Shown piece after piece: positions 28,753 through 36,991 of a stretch of DNA of 64,000 nucleotides. Position numbers and translations under genes: made by a program. Position 1 is the stretch's first letter. Each line of letters begins with the position of its first letter. The DNA lies in the NCBI GenBank assembly GCA_900767645.1, contig CAAFZY010000005.1, positions 28,986 to 92,985 on the forward strand, written 5' to 3'. The DNA comes from Alphaproteobacteria bacterium (GTDB taxonomy: Bacteria > Pseudomonadota > Alphaproteobacteria > RF32 > CAG-239). The notes below the pieces were generated by a model. The model saw only the letters and a list, made by a program, of their open reading frames with translations, did no database searches and was not told where the DNA came from.

Positions 28753-28918
28753 GGTTCTTTGCAGAGGTATTATAAAAGGCACAAGTTTTATAAAAGGTGC
28801 CTGTTTACAAAATTACAAAAGGTGGCGGATTTTCCCCACCTTTTGGTGTTTTAAAAAACTTAAGGGAATTTTTATAAATACACAGTATCGTTATAATTGT
28901 TTAACGAAAGGAACAACT

Positions 28919-29830
28919 ATGGATAGGCAAGTAATTGAAATTATGAATGATGGCTTTATGCTGTCATTGCACCGAGGTTTTATTGTAGTTGAAAATAAAG
29001 AGCAGCAAATTAAACATGAAGTTCCGCTTGATAATGTGCTTGCGTTGGTGCTATCGGCCAACAATGTGGTGGTTTCAAAAAATATTATAAATGCAATTTG
29101 CGAGCAGGGCAGAAATGTTATTTTTTGTGATAAGACTTACCTGCCTTCCGCAATTACTATGCCATATACCGGACATTGGCTGATTGCTCCGCGAGTTAGG
29201 CAGCAGGTTGAATGCTCAAAACCATTACAAAAAAACTTATGGAAAAGTATTGTTCAGCATAAAATTTTGAATCAAGCTTTGGTGTTGGAATATTTTTTTC
29301 CGCAGCATGCCAATATTGAACGATTAAAACAATTATCAAAAGCAACGCTAAGTGATGATGCCAGAAATAATGAGGGAATCGCAGCGTCTATTTATTTTAA
29401 ATCATTATTCGGAAAACATTTTGTGCGCGACCGTCTTAATAATGATGTCAATATTTTGCTTAACTATACATACACGGTATTGCGCGCCGTTGTGGCCAGA
29501 GCAATTGCCGGAAGCGGATTATTGCCATATTTAGGGCTTAAGCATTGCACAAAGTCTAATCCGTTGCCGTTGGTTGATGATTTAATTGAACCGTTCAGAG
29601 CAGTGGCAGATAAAATTGTGTTTGAAGAGTTAAATAAGTTGGTGGATATAAGCAATATTGAATTAACTCCTGAAATTAAGCGCAATTTGGCAAAAGTTAT
29701 TACATATTCGGTGCAAACGGCTAAAGGCTGTATGTCATTAAATGATGCGCTTTGTGATTTTGCCGGTACTTTAGTTGCCAGTTTTGAGCAAAAGAAAGTA
29801 GCGTTAAAATATCCCGATATTTTGTTTTAA
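28919..29830 (+). CDS. cas1: CRISPR-associated endonuclease Cas1 (type II)
   Basis: FCDKTYLPS..., EGIAASIYFKSLFGKHFVR and LPYLGLKH motifs. The start was chosen at ATG 28919 (RBS AAAGGAAC) rather than at the ORF-track start 28739. Confidence 0.85.
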   Translation: MDRQVIEIMNDGFMLSLHRGFIVVENKEQQIKHEVPLDNVLALVLSANNVVVSKNIINAICEQGRNVIFCDKTYLPSAITMPYTGHWLIAPRVRQQVECSKPLQKNLWKSIVQHKILNQALVLEYFFPQHANIERLKQLSKATLSDDARNNEGIAASIYFKSLFGKHFVRDRLNNDVNILLNYTYTVLRAVVARAIAGSGLLPYLGLKHCTKSNPLPLVDDLIEPFRAVADKIVFEELNKLVDISNIELTPEIKRNLAKVITYSVQTAKGCMSLNDALCDFAGTLVASFEQKKVALKYPDILF

Positions 29831-29945
29831 ATAAAATAATGGGGGTAACTAAAGTCGCCCCCTCATCTTACGGCATTTTCAGCCTTATTATATATGTGTT
29901 GACCGTCTAATTAATCTCTGAAAAATAAGCCAACTTATATAACAA
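29831..29945 (-). ncRNA. predicted tracrRNA
   Basis: On the minus strand there is a TTGACA-16-TATATA promoter (29979-29952). It is followed by a 24-nt anti-repeat (UCAGAGAUUAAUUAGACGGUCAAC) perfectly complementary to repeat nt 7-30. A nexus-like AAGGCUGAAAAUGCCGU and a GGGGG...CCCCC hairpin plus U-run terminator follow, ending next to the cas1 stop. Confidence 0.6.
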
Positions 29946-30031
29946 TATTAGTATATAAAAAATTTAATTGAATTGTCAATTAAAATATTGTACCGTTGCT
30001 TATATTTCTATTAAAATTATAGGAGCTTGCT

Positions 30032-33000
30032 ATGAAATATTGTTTAGGACTTGATTTAGGCGTTGGCTCAATCGGTAGCGTGGTTGTGGAATTAGATAAA
30101 AATAATAATCCTGAAAATATTGCAGATGCCGGAGTGCGGATTTTTGAGGTATCGGAGGGCGCAGAAGAAAGGCGAACAAAACGCACGGCGCGTAAAAATT
30201 TAATCAGAACAAGAAAACGTTTAGAACTTTTAGCACAAAAATTGTATGAAAATAATTTATGGGTTAGTGCGAATCCTGAAGGCACAAATAATTTAAAATC
30301 AAAATCTCCTTATAAAATTCGTTATGATGCTTTAAATGGTAAGTTGGAAAATCAAAATTATATCGGGCGAGCAATTTTGCATTTGGCGAAACATCGTGGT
30401 GCCGGTTTTGTTTCAGCCGCTGAAGAAATGGAAGAAGAAGTTTTAGAAGAAGGCGAAAAATCTAAAGCTAAAAAATCTTCTTATGACATGATGCTTTATC
30501 ATTTAAAAGAAACAAATTCCAGAACTGTCGGTGAGTTTTTTTACAATAAAATAATCTCCGGTAAAGGAAATGATAAAACGGTTCGTCAGAAAAAATATGC
30601 CATTGAAAAGAATATTATAGATTACGCAATTCCGCGCTATTTGGTAAAAGATGAGTTCAATCAAATTTGGAATAAACAAGCCGAATTTTATCCACAGATG
30701 AAAAAAGAAAATTTAAAGAAAGAAATTTACGATATTTTGTTTTATGAACGTCCGGCAGCACCATACGCAACCGGTAAATGCATTTATTTCAGGGATGAAG
30801 ACCGCCTGCTAAAAGCGCACCCTCTTTCAGAGATGCGCCGTATTTATGAGGAAGTCAACAACATTCGTATTTTAAATGATATGAGTAAAAGAAAATTAAC
30901 CTTGGAAGAAAGAGATTCTATTATTAATGAGCTTTTGCTAAAAGGCCAAAATGCAGGTAAACAGGCAATCAAAAAATTGCTTAATTTGTCTGCGCAACAC
31001 AAAATTTCTTTGGTTGATGACAGAGTAATTAAAGCCTATTTATATTCTCGTCCTGAATTTGCAAATAACGAATATTTACAAAAGATGAATGAAGACGAGC
31101 TTTCATCTTTTATTGAGTTTTTGTCAGAACCAAAAATATCACAGGATAAAAATGGCCGTTTATACAATGAAGATTCGTTAATTGAGTATCTTAAGCCAAT
31201 TCTGAAAATTGATGACGAAAAAGAAATCGGCAACCTTTTAACCAAACTGCCCAAAGGGAGAGGAATGTTAGGTATAAGCGCCACAAAAATTATTCTGGAA
31301 AAATTAAAAGAAGATGTATTAACACATCGTGAAATTACCGATAAATTAGCCGAAACAGATAAACGATTTATGGCAGAGGAAGAAATAGCCCGCCAAAATC
31401 AGGGAAAATGTTTTCAACTTCCGTATTACGGGGAGATCTTGCAAACAGATACGGCTCCGCTTCCGCCTTTAATGATAAATAACAACAAGAGCCTTAACCA
31501 TGACGAGATAAAATGGGGTAAAATAGCCAATCCTGCCGTGCATATGATTCTCAATCAAATTCGCTTAGTTGTTAATGAAATTATCAAAATTTACGGCAAG
31601 CCTTACAATATCAATATTGAACTTGGTCGTGATGTCGGTATGTCAACAAAGAAGAAAAAAGAATTTGAAAACAGACAAAAACAAAATGAAAAACTTAATG
31701 AAGAGGCTAAAAAATATTTAAAAGAGCATAAAATTGTCATAAACAGTAAAAACATTTTAAAATACAAATTGGCCAAAGAGCAAGGCTGGAAAGATGCCTA
31801 TAATCCGACACAAAATATTTCTTCCGTATTTACGGGTATGGAAGTTGAGCATATTATTCCCCAAGCCAAAGGCGGAACAGATACATATAACAATCTCTGT
31901 TTAGTTAATAGCAATGACAACTTAAATAAAGGCGACCGATATGCCTATGAATATTTTGCAGAAACAAAAACACCGGAAGAAATCAGAGAAATTCTAAAAA
32001 ATGCCCGTTCCCGTACCCCTGACAAGTCTTGGCGTTTTGAAGCTGATGCGCGAGAAAAATATGAAGAAAGCGGCGATAAAGAAGAAAGTACCCGTTATTT
32101 GACGGATACCCGCTATGTTGCAAAAATGGCGGCACGTTATTTGCGAGCTATTGTTGATTGCCCTGATTGTGATGAAGTTATGGACAATCGTATTTTGGCA
32201 GTCAAAGGCGGGCAGACTGCAGAGTTGCGTAAGCGTTGGGATTTGCAAGGCTTGGAATATGATTTAATGGGCTTAAATATCCCGAGATATATTGATTGCG
32301 CGCCATATTGGCGGGAGTTGGATACCGGCGAAATAATTGACGGAGAGCAAAAGCCGGATATTGATGGTAATTGGAAATTTTATAATTGTGTAAAGAATCC
32401 TGAATGGTCGCCAAAGCCACGTATTGACCACAGACATCATGCGATGGATGCTATAACAGTTGCTTGTGCAAACCGTGGATTAATTCAGAAAATGGCAGAA
32501 GAAAATGATATTAACAAAATTCATTATCCGTTGCCTTTAACTTCTGTTGAATCTGTAGCAGATTTTAGAAGAAAAGTTATTTCCTGTCTAAAAGATATCA
32601 AAATTTCGCACAAACCTGATCACAGTAAGGCTGGACAATTACATAAAGAAACAGGCAGAACTGTTTTGTGTCAAAACCCTGATGATCCAAATTGTTTAAT
32701 CACTGTTTATTCTCGCAAAATTTTACAGGTGGTAAAATCTGCTAAAGATTTAACTAAACTGCTCATTCCAGAAACAATCAAGAATGAATGGCATGAGGAT
32801 ATTGCAGAATATAAAGCCAAACAGGCTAAGCTAGTACAAGATTTTGAACTTTATATGAATACGGCGGAGCAAATTTTAATTGCCGAAAATGAACAGGGTG
32901 TGGCAGAAGGTAAAAAGGAAATTAAAATTACTGAAGGAAGAATTTTGTTAAAGGCGTTCCGTATTATTCAAGATAAAGGCCTATGGAAAGGTGATAAATT

Positions 33001-33499
33001 TAGATGCTATGAAAATAATTCTTCTTTGGTTTATATCAAAAAACATGGTGTGGCTTATGAAGGGCGAAATAACCATTGTGTAGATTTTTACGTTAAAGAT
33101 GGTAAAGTCGGTTGGGAGGTTATTAAACGATTTGATGCAAATCAGCCTGATTTTGTTCCGCAATGGAAAAAAGACGGAGGAAAACTTATTTGGTCAGTTC
33201 AACAACGCGATATGTTGGAATTAGATACTCCTGATGAGTGGAAATCATATACCGATAAAGAGCGCTGTTTAGCTAAAGTAAAAAAGTTCAGCGATGGAGA
33301 ATTTAATATTGATTATATGGCTGACGCTCGTATGACATCGCCAAAAGATAAAAACTTAAAATATATGTTTGTTAATACTTTAAGAAAGGGGCTGGCATTT
33401 TTACTTCAGCATAAAGCGCGGAAAATAGAACTTACACCGTTTGGCAAAGTAAAGAAAAAACATAAGGTGTTGTGGAATGGCACGAAGACAGCGGCTTGA
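30032..33499 (+). CDS. cas9: Cas9 (type II-C-like, 1155 aa)
   Basis: RuvC-I GLDLGVGSIGSVVV. Arg-rich bridge helix. RuvC-II NINIELGRD. HNH VEHIIPQAKGG...NLCLVNSNDNLNKGDRYAYEYF. RuvC-III HRHHAMDAITVA. An RBS AGGAG precedes the ATG. Confidence 0.95.
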   Translation: MKYCLGLDLGVGSIGSVVVELDKNNNPENIADAGVRIFEVSEGAEERRTKRTARKNLIRTRKRLELLAQKLYENNLWVSANPEGTNNLKSKSPYKIRYDALNGKLENQNYIGRAILHLAKHRGAGFVSAAEEMEEEVLEEGEKSKAKKSSYDMMLYHLKETNSRTVGEFFYNKIISGKGNDKTVRQKKYAIEKNIIDYAIPRYLVKDEFNQIWNKQAEFYPQMKKENLKKEIYDILFYERPAAPYATGKCIYFRDEDRLLKAHPLSEMRRIYEEVNNIRILNDMSKRKLTLEERDSIINELLLKGQNAGKQAIKKLLNLSAQHKISLVDDRVIKAYLYSRPEFANNEYLQKMNEDELSSFIEFLSEPKISQDKNGRLYNEDSLIEYLKPILKIDDEKEIGNLLTKLPKGRGMLGISATKIILEKLKEDVLTHREITDKLAETDKRFMAEEEIARQNQGKCFQLPYYGEILQTDTAPLPPLMINNNKSLNHDEIKWGKIANPAVHMILNQIRLVVNEIIKIYGKPYNINIELGRDVGMSTKKKKEFENRQKQNEKLNEEAKKYLKEHKIVINSKNILKYKLAKEQGWKDAYNPTQNISSVFTGMEVEHIIPQAKGGTDTYNNLCLVNSNDNLNKGDRYAYEYFAETKTPEEIREILKNARSRTPDKSWRFEADAREKYEESGDKEESTRYLTDTRYVAKMAARYLRAIVDCPDCDEVMDNRILAVKGGQTAELRKRWDLQGLEYDLMGLNIPRYIDCAPYWRELDTGEIIDGEQKPDIDGNWKFYNCVKNPEWSPKPRIDHRHHAMDAITVACANRGLIQKMAEENDINKIHYPLPLTSVESVADFRRKVISCLKDIKISHKPDHSKAGQLHKETGRTVLCQNPDDPNCLITVYSRKILQVVKSAKDLTKLLIPETIKNEWHEDIAEYKAKQAKLVQDFELYMNTAEQILIAENEQGVAEGKKEIKITEGRILLKAFRIIQDKGLWKGDKFRCYENNSSLVYIKKHGVAYEGRNNHCVDFYVKDGKVGWEVIKRFDANQPDFVPQWKKDGGKLIWSVQQRDMLELDTPDEWKSYTDKERCLAKVKKFSDGEFNIDYMADARMTSPKDKNLKYMFVNTLRKGLAFLLQHKARKIELTPFGKVKKKHKVLWNGTKTAA

Positions 33500-33518
33500 A
33501 ACTTTAACCGGATGGTCT

Positions 33519-33839
33519 ATGATGTGGATAATATGTATGTTTGATATTCCGGTCAGGACTAAAACCGAAATGCGTAAAGCGACTCGTTTTCGTAATTTGC
33601 TTTTGGATAATGGTTTTGTTATGAAGCAGTTTTCGGTTTATATAAAACCGGTAAAAAGCTTAAATGTTGGACAAACAGTCACGAAAAGCCTTGCAAAGTA
33701 TATTCCGGATAACTCTTCTGTCTCTTTTTTATATATTACCGATAAACAATATTTAATGACGGAAAATTATTTGGGAAAAAATTATGAAGAGAATGAAGAA
33801 GAGAATCGCGAAAAAAATGGGCAATTATTGCTTTTTTAA
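33519..33839 (+). CDS. cas2: Cas2
   Basis: MMWIICMFDIPVRTKTEMRKATRFRNLLLDNGFVMKQFSVYIK matches the Cas2 beta1-alpha1 pattern. The ORF-track start 33477 would overlap cas9 by 23 nt, so the ATG at 33519 is preferred. Confidence 0.8.
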   Translation: MMWIICMFDIPVRTKTEMRKATRFRNLLLDNGFVMKQFSVYIKPVKSLNVGQTVTKSLAKYIPDNSSVSFLYITDKQYLMTENYLGKNYEENEEENREKNGQLLLF

Positions 33840-33865
33840 GGGTGTCTTTTAGCGTTTTTATAATA

Positions 33866-33900
33866 AACAAAAGCCTTGAAATGTTGTCATTTCAAGGCTT
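33866..33900 (-). terminator. hairpin terminator in the CRISPR leader, oriented for minus-strand (pre-crRNA) transcripts
   Basis: gccttgaaat-gttgtc-atttcaaggc stem-loop. On the minus strand it is followed by UUUUGUUUAUUAU. Confidence 0.5.
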
Positions 33901-33913
33901 TGCGCTATTAGAT

Positions 33914-34740
33914 AGCATATCAGAGATTAATTAGACGGTCAACTATAACTATTTCGCCCTCAATGTATCGATATTTTGTAGCATATCAGAGATTAATTAG
34001 ACGGTCAACTATAACGCTTGGTTCTGCGACGTCTCAAGGACATTTAGCATATCAGAGATTAATTAGACGGTCAACTATAACACAGTACCGGCAATGTTGT
34101 ATAGTCGTCACAGCATATCAGAGATTAATTAGACGGTCAACTATAACTGCCACCCATGAGCCCGCTTGCTATTTCTAGCATATCAGAGATTAATTAGACG
34201 GTCAACTATAACTAGCTGTCAATAGCTTTTTTATTATTTTCCAGCATATCAGAGATTAATTAGACGGTCAACTATAACTAATTTACTGTGCTCTTTTTGC
34301 TGAATAAAAGCATATCAGAGATTAATTAGACGGTCAACTATAACAGAAGTATGACGAGTACTCAGAATATTATAAGCATATCAGAGATTAATTAGACGGT
34401 CAACTATAACACAAGCTGCAGGATAGGCTTATTCAGCAAAGCATATCAGAGATTAATTAGACGGTCAACTATAACATGTTTTGCTCAATAACAGTTTTGT
34501 TAACTAGCATATCAGAGATTAATTAGACGGTCAACTATAACGCTAAAATGTTAGCGTTGGTCTTTATTGACAGCATATCAGAGATTAATTAGACGGTCAA
34601 CTATAACTATCCGGACATATTATACATCATGTCACCAAGCATATCAGAGATTAATTAGACGGTCAACTATAACAATTTTCGGACGGTGTCGGCGCATAAG
34701 TGAAGCATATCAGAGATTAATTAGACGGTCAACTTATAAC
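33914..34740 (-). CRISPR. CRISPR array of 13 copies of a 36-bp repeat and 12 spacers (ten of 30 bp, two of 29 bp). The repeat on the crRNA strand is GTTATAGTTGACCGTCTAATTAATCTCTGATATGCT.
   Basis: Repeat copies start at 33914, 33980, 34046, 34112, 34177, 34243, 34309, 34375, 34440, 34506, 34572, 34638 and 34704. The cas-distal repeat (34704-34740) carries a 1-nt insertion. The repeat begins with GTT in minus orientation and is complementary to the tracrRNA anti-repeat. Confidence 0.95.
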
Positions 34741-34755
34741 CAAGTATTGTTATAG

Positions 34756-34866
34756 CCTTTCGCTTGTAGTCGGTCTGGCTTGTAAGCTCTGCCTAAAGGC
34801 AATCGCTAACTGCGCTGCGGTCACTTGTTTTGTAAGCTCGCTGCGGTTGCTGTCGCTTTCCTTGCT
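34756..34866. repeat. partial copy (3' half) of the ~185-bp repeat element whose full copy is at 56968-57150
   Basis: cctttcgcttgtagtcggtctggct...gctgcggttgctgtcgctttcc is about 90% identical to 57031-57141. Confidence 0.7.
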
Positions 34867-35005
34867 CGCGAACAAAACTACGCTTTCGGCGATAAAAAAG
34901 CAGATAACAGCTTTTTTATCTTGAAACTCACTCCGTGAGTTCGAACCTCTACTTTCACTCATTATTTACAACAAAACCCGCCACAAGGGCGGGTGTTGTT
35001 GTAAA

Positions 35006-35026
35006 TGGCGGATAGAGTGAGATTAT
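35006..35026. repeat. duplicated 3' end of tRNA-Ser (aatggcggatagagtgagatt), att-like direct repeat
   Basis: A 21-nt exact copy of 35172-35192 lies about 150 bp from the tRNA. It is preceded by a GC hairpin. Confidence 0.65.
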
Positions 35027-35105
35027 TCCGCTGCGCTTCATTCACTGTGCTCATCGGCTATCGCCGACCGGCGTACTCCCGTCCGCCTTTCGCTTGTAGT
35101 CGAAC
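35027..35105. repeat. partial copy (5' part) of the ~185-bp repeat element
   Basis: attccgctgcgcttcattcactgtgctcatcggctatcgccgaccggcg...cctttcgcttgtagtcg is about 90% identical to 56968-57047. Confidence 0.7.
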
Positions 35106-35174
35106 TCACTTCTCGTGAGTTCTTATCTTCTGAATATGCCATTACAAAAAGCCCCATAAAGGGGCTTTTTGTAA

Positions 35175-35265
35175 TGGCGGATAGAGTGAGATTCGAACTC
35201 ACGGTACCCTTTGGAGGTACACACGATTTCCAATCGTGCGCCTTAGACCGCTCGGCCATCTATCC
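35175..35265 (-). tRNA. tRNA-Ser (anticodon GGA)
   Basis: 91-nt cloverleaf GGATAGATGGCCGAGCGG...UUGGAAA anticodon loop...long variable arm...GTTCGAATC...GCCA, reconstructed from the reverse complement. Confidence 0.85.
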
Positions 35266-35340
35266 ATAGCTACAACTTCTAAATCGTTTTTTGCTAATTG
35301 GCAAGCCTTTTTTTCTGCTATTTGGATTTTTATTATATTC

Positions 35341-36057
35341 TTAAAATTCGGAATGAAAAATGTTAATTCCGTTTTTTAAATTTTTTATCAGATTGCTCAA
35401 ACTTTTTTGTTGATGTTGTTCCGGTTTGGGCGCAAAAGCGCTACCGTAACTGACGGGGATTTTTATCCGAATCGATGATTTTCTTAAATTTACGGGCGTT
35501 ATTTGTTTGTAGTTCTTGAAATCGGTTTTGCCGTTAAAGCCTAATTCTTTTAAAAACGGGCTTAAAATTGTTTTGTATGTATCGCGTTTATCTCTGAAAA
35601 TAATATTGTCCCAAAACTCTTGAAATTTGGAGTTTTTGATTATGTTATGCTTAAAAATTATAAACCGCCCGTTATCTTCGGGAATATGGTTATATTTTTC
35701 CGTCATGCCCCAAAAATCATAATTTTGAAATTTAAGATACGCTGAAATATTTTGTAAATGATTAAGCGGAGCATAAGTGTTTTCATTGCAAAAAACCACT
35801 TCATCATATTCAAGCAGTTTTTGCCACCCTAAGTGATAAATTAAATATTGCCATGAACCGTAATCATTGCCATTATGAACTACCGAATCGGCGTAAACTA
35901 TACAGTCTTGCAGTTTTTGCAATTCAGATGCCGGCATTGTTCCGTTATTTAAATAATATACATCGCCGGTTTTTGTTAATCTTTGTAATAAAAAAACGGT
36001 ATAATCATTAAGAATATTACCGTTATTGCGTCCGACCGCAAGGTAAATTCTGCTCAT
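35341..36057 (-). CDS. hypothetical protein
   Basis: 238 aa with no recognised motifs. The region is AT-rich. Confidence 0.4.
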   Translation of the reverse strand: MSRIYLAVGRNNGNILNDYTVFLLQRLTKTGDVYYLNNGTMPASELQKLQDCIVYADSVVHNGNDYGSWQYLIYHLGWQKLLEYDEVVFCNENTYAPLNHLQNISAYLKFQNYDFWGMTEKYNHIPEDNGRFIIFKHNIIKNSKFQEFWDNIIFRDKRDTYKTILSPFLKELGFNGKTDFKNYKQITPVNLRKSSIRIKIPVSYGSAFAPKPEQHQQKSLSNLIKNLKNGINIFHSEF

Positions 36058-36144
36058 CTTTATTCTCCTTAATACAAGGAAATATAAGAAAGAGCATTAT
36101 TTTTTAAACCTCGCGGCCGTGTTTAAATCAGTATTTATAACCAA

Positions 36145-36831
36145 TTATTTAGCTTCATCGGGGTCACGCAGAACATAACCTCTGCCCCAAACGGTTTCAA
36201 TATAGTTTTTACCGCCGGAAGCGTGTTCAAGTTTTTTGCGCAACTTGCAAATAAAGACGTCAATAATTTTAAGTTCCGGCTCATCAATACCGCCGTACAG
36301 ATGGTTTAAGAACTGGTCTTTGTTTAAGGTTGAACCTTTGCGCAATGAAAGCAGTTCCATAATGCCGTATTCTTTGCCGGTAAGGTGCAAAGCTTTGCCG
36401 CCTACGGTTACGGTTTGCGTATCTAAATTAACTTCAACCTCGCCGGTTCTGATGATGGAATTGGAATGTCCTTTAGAGCGGCGTACAATAGCTTGAATAC
36501 GCGCTAACAATTCAGCTTTGTCAAATGGTTTGGTTAAGTAATCATCGGCGCCGTATCCTAAGCCTTTAACCTTTTTATCGGGCTCGGATAAACCTGATAA
36601 AATCAGTACCGGAGTGTTGACTTTGGCGTTACGAAGGCTTTTAAGAACTTCATATCCGTTCATATCCGGCAACATTAAGTCAAGAATAATGATATCGTAA
36701 TCATATAATTTACCGATTTCCAAACCATCTTCACCCAAATCAGTGGCATCAACAATCATACCTTCTTTTTTGAGCATGGTTTCAATGCTTTGCGAAACGG
36801 CGTAATCATCTTCAACTAACAGCACTCTCAT
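36145..36831 (-). CDS. ctrA: cell-cycle response regulator CtrA
   Basis: From memory it is near-identical over its whole length to Caulobacter CtrA (MRVLLVEDD...[21 protein letters not shown]...[44 protein letters not shown]...[13 protein letters not shown]). Confidence 0.9.
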   Translation of the reverse strand: MRVLLVEDDYAVSQSIETMLKKEGMIVDATDLGEDGLEIGKLYDYDIIILDLMLPDMNGYEVLKSLRNAKVNTPVLILSGLSEPDKKVKGLGYGADDYLTKPFDKAELLARIQAIVRRSKGHSNSIIRTGEVEVNLDTQTVTVGGKALHLTGKEYGIMELLSLRKGSTLNKDQFLNHLYGGIDEPELKIIDVFICKLRKKLEHASGGKNYIETVWGRGYVLRDPDEAK

Positions 36832-36914
36832 CTTTTTATCCTTCCGTTGTTTTTTACAATGATGTTAATACTATAACGCCATATTTTTTATTTGTGAATC
36901 ATTTTAAACGCCTG

Positions 36915-36929
36915 TTAATAATTATTAAC
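36915..36929. promoter_or_regulatory. CtrA-box-like TTAA-N6-TTAAC upstream of ctrA (the spacing is 6, not the canonical 7)
   Basis: ttaataattattaac read from the sequence. The consensus CtrA box is TTAA-N7-TTAAC. Confidence 0.25.
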
Positions 36930-36991
36930 AAGAAATTTTGATGCTAATGCTAATTGATTGATATTAAGCAATATTTTTTGGCAAAAAATGT

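Noticed and set aside
28739-28918. 60-codon N-terminal extension of the cas1 ORF given in the ORF track
   Set aside because: The extension is low-complexity and unlike any Cas1. An ATG with an RBS at 28919 gives a canonical Cas1 N-terminus.
33477-33518. Upstream start for cas2 (MARRQRLETLTGWS) overlapping the cas9 stop by 23 nt
   Set aside because: The Cas2 beta1 strand normally begins within 3 residues of Met. MMWIICMFDI starting at 33519 fits better, although the upstream start cannot be excluded.
33963-34755. ORFs 33963..34178 and 34567..34755 inside the CRISPR array, with a repeating AYQRLIRRSTIT peptide
   Set aside because: They are translations of the 36-bp repeat in one frame. This is an artefact of the array and not coding.
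34750-35259. ORFs 34750..34962 (-) and 35038..35259 (-), and similarly 56997..57227 (-)
   Set aside because: They run across the repeat element, hairpins and the tRNA-Ser and tRNA-Arg genes. Their frames are not conserved between element copies, so the element is most likely noncoding.
28300-35340. Integrase, transposase, csn2 or cas4 within or flanking the CRISPR-Cas region
   Set aside because: No ORF with recombinase, transposase, Csn2 or Cas4 motifs is present in the window. The island hypothesis therefore rests only on the att-like tRNA fragments and on composition.
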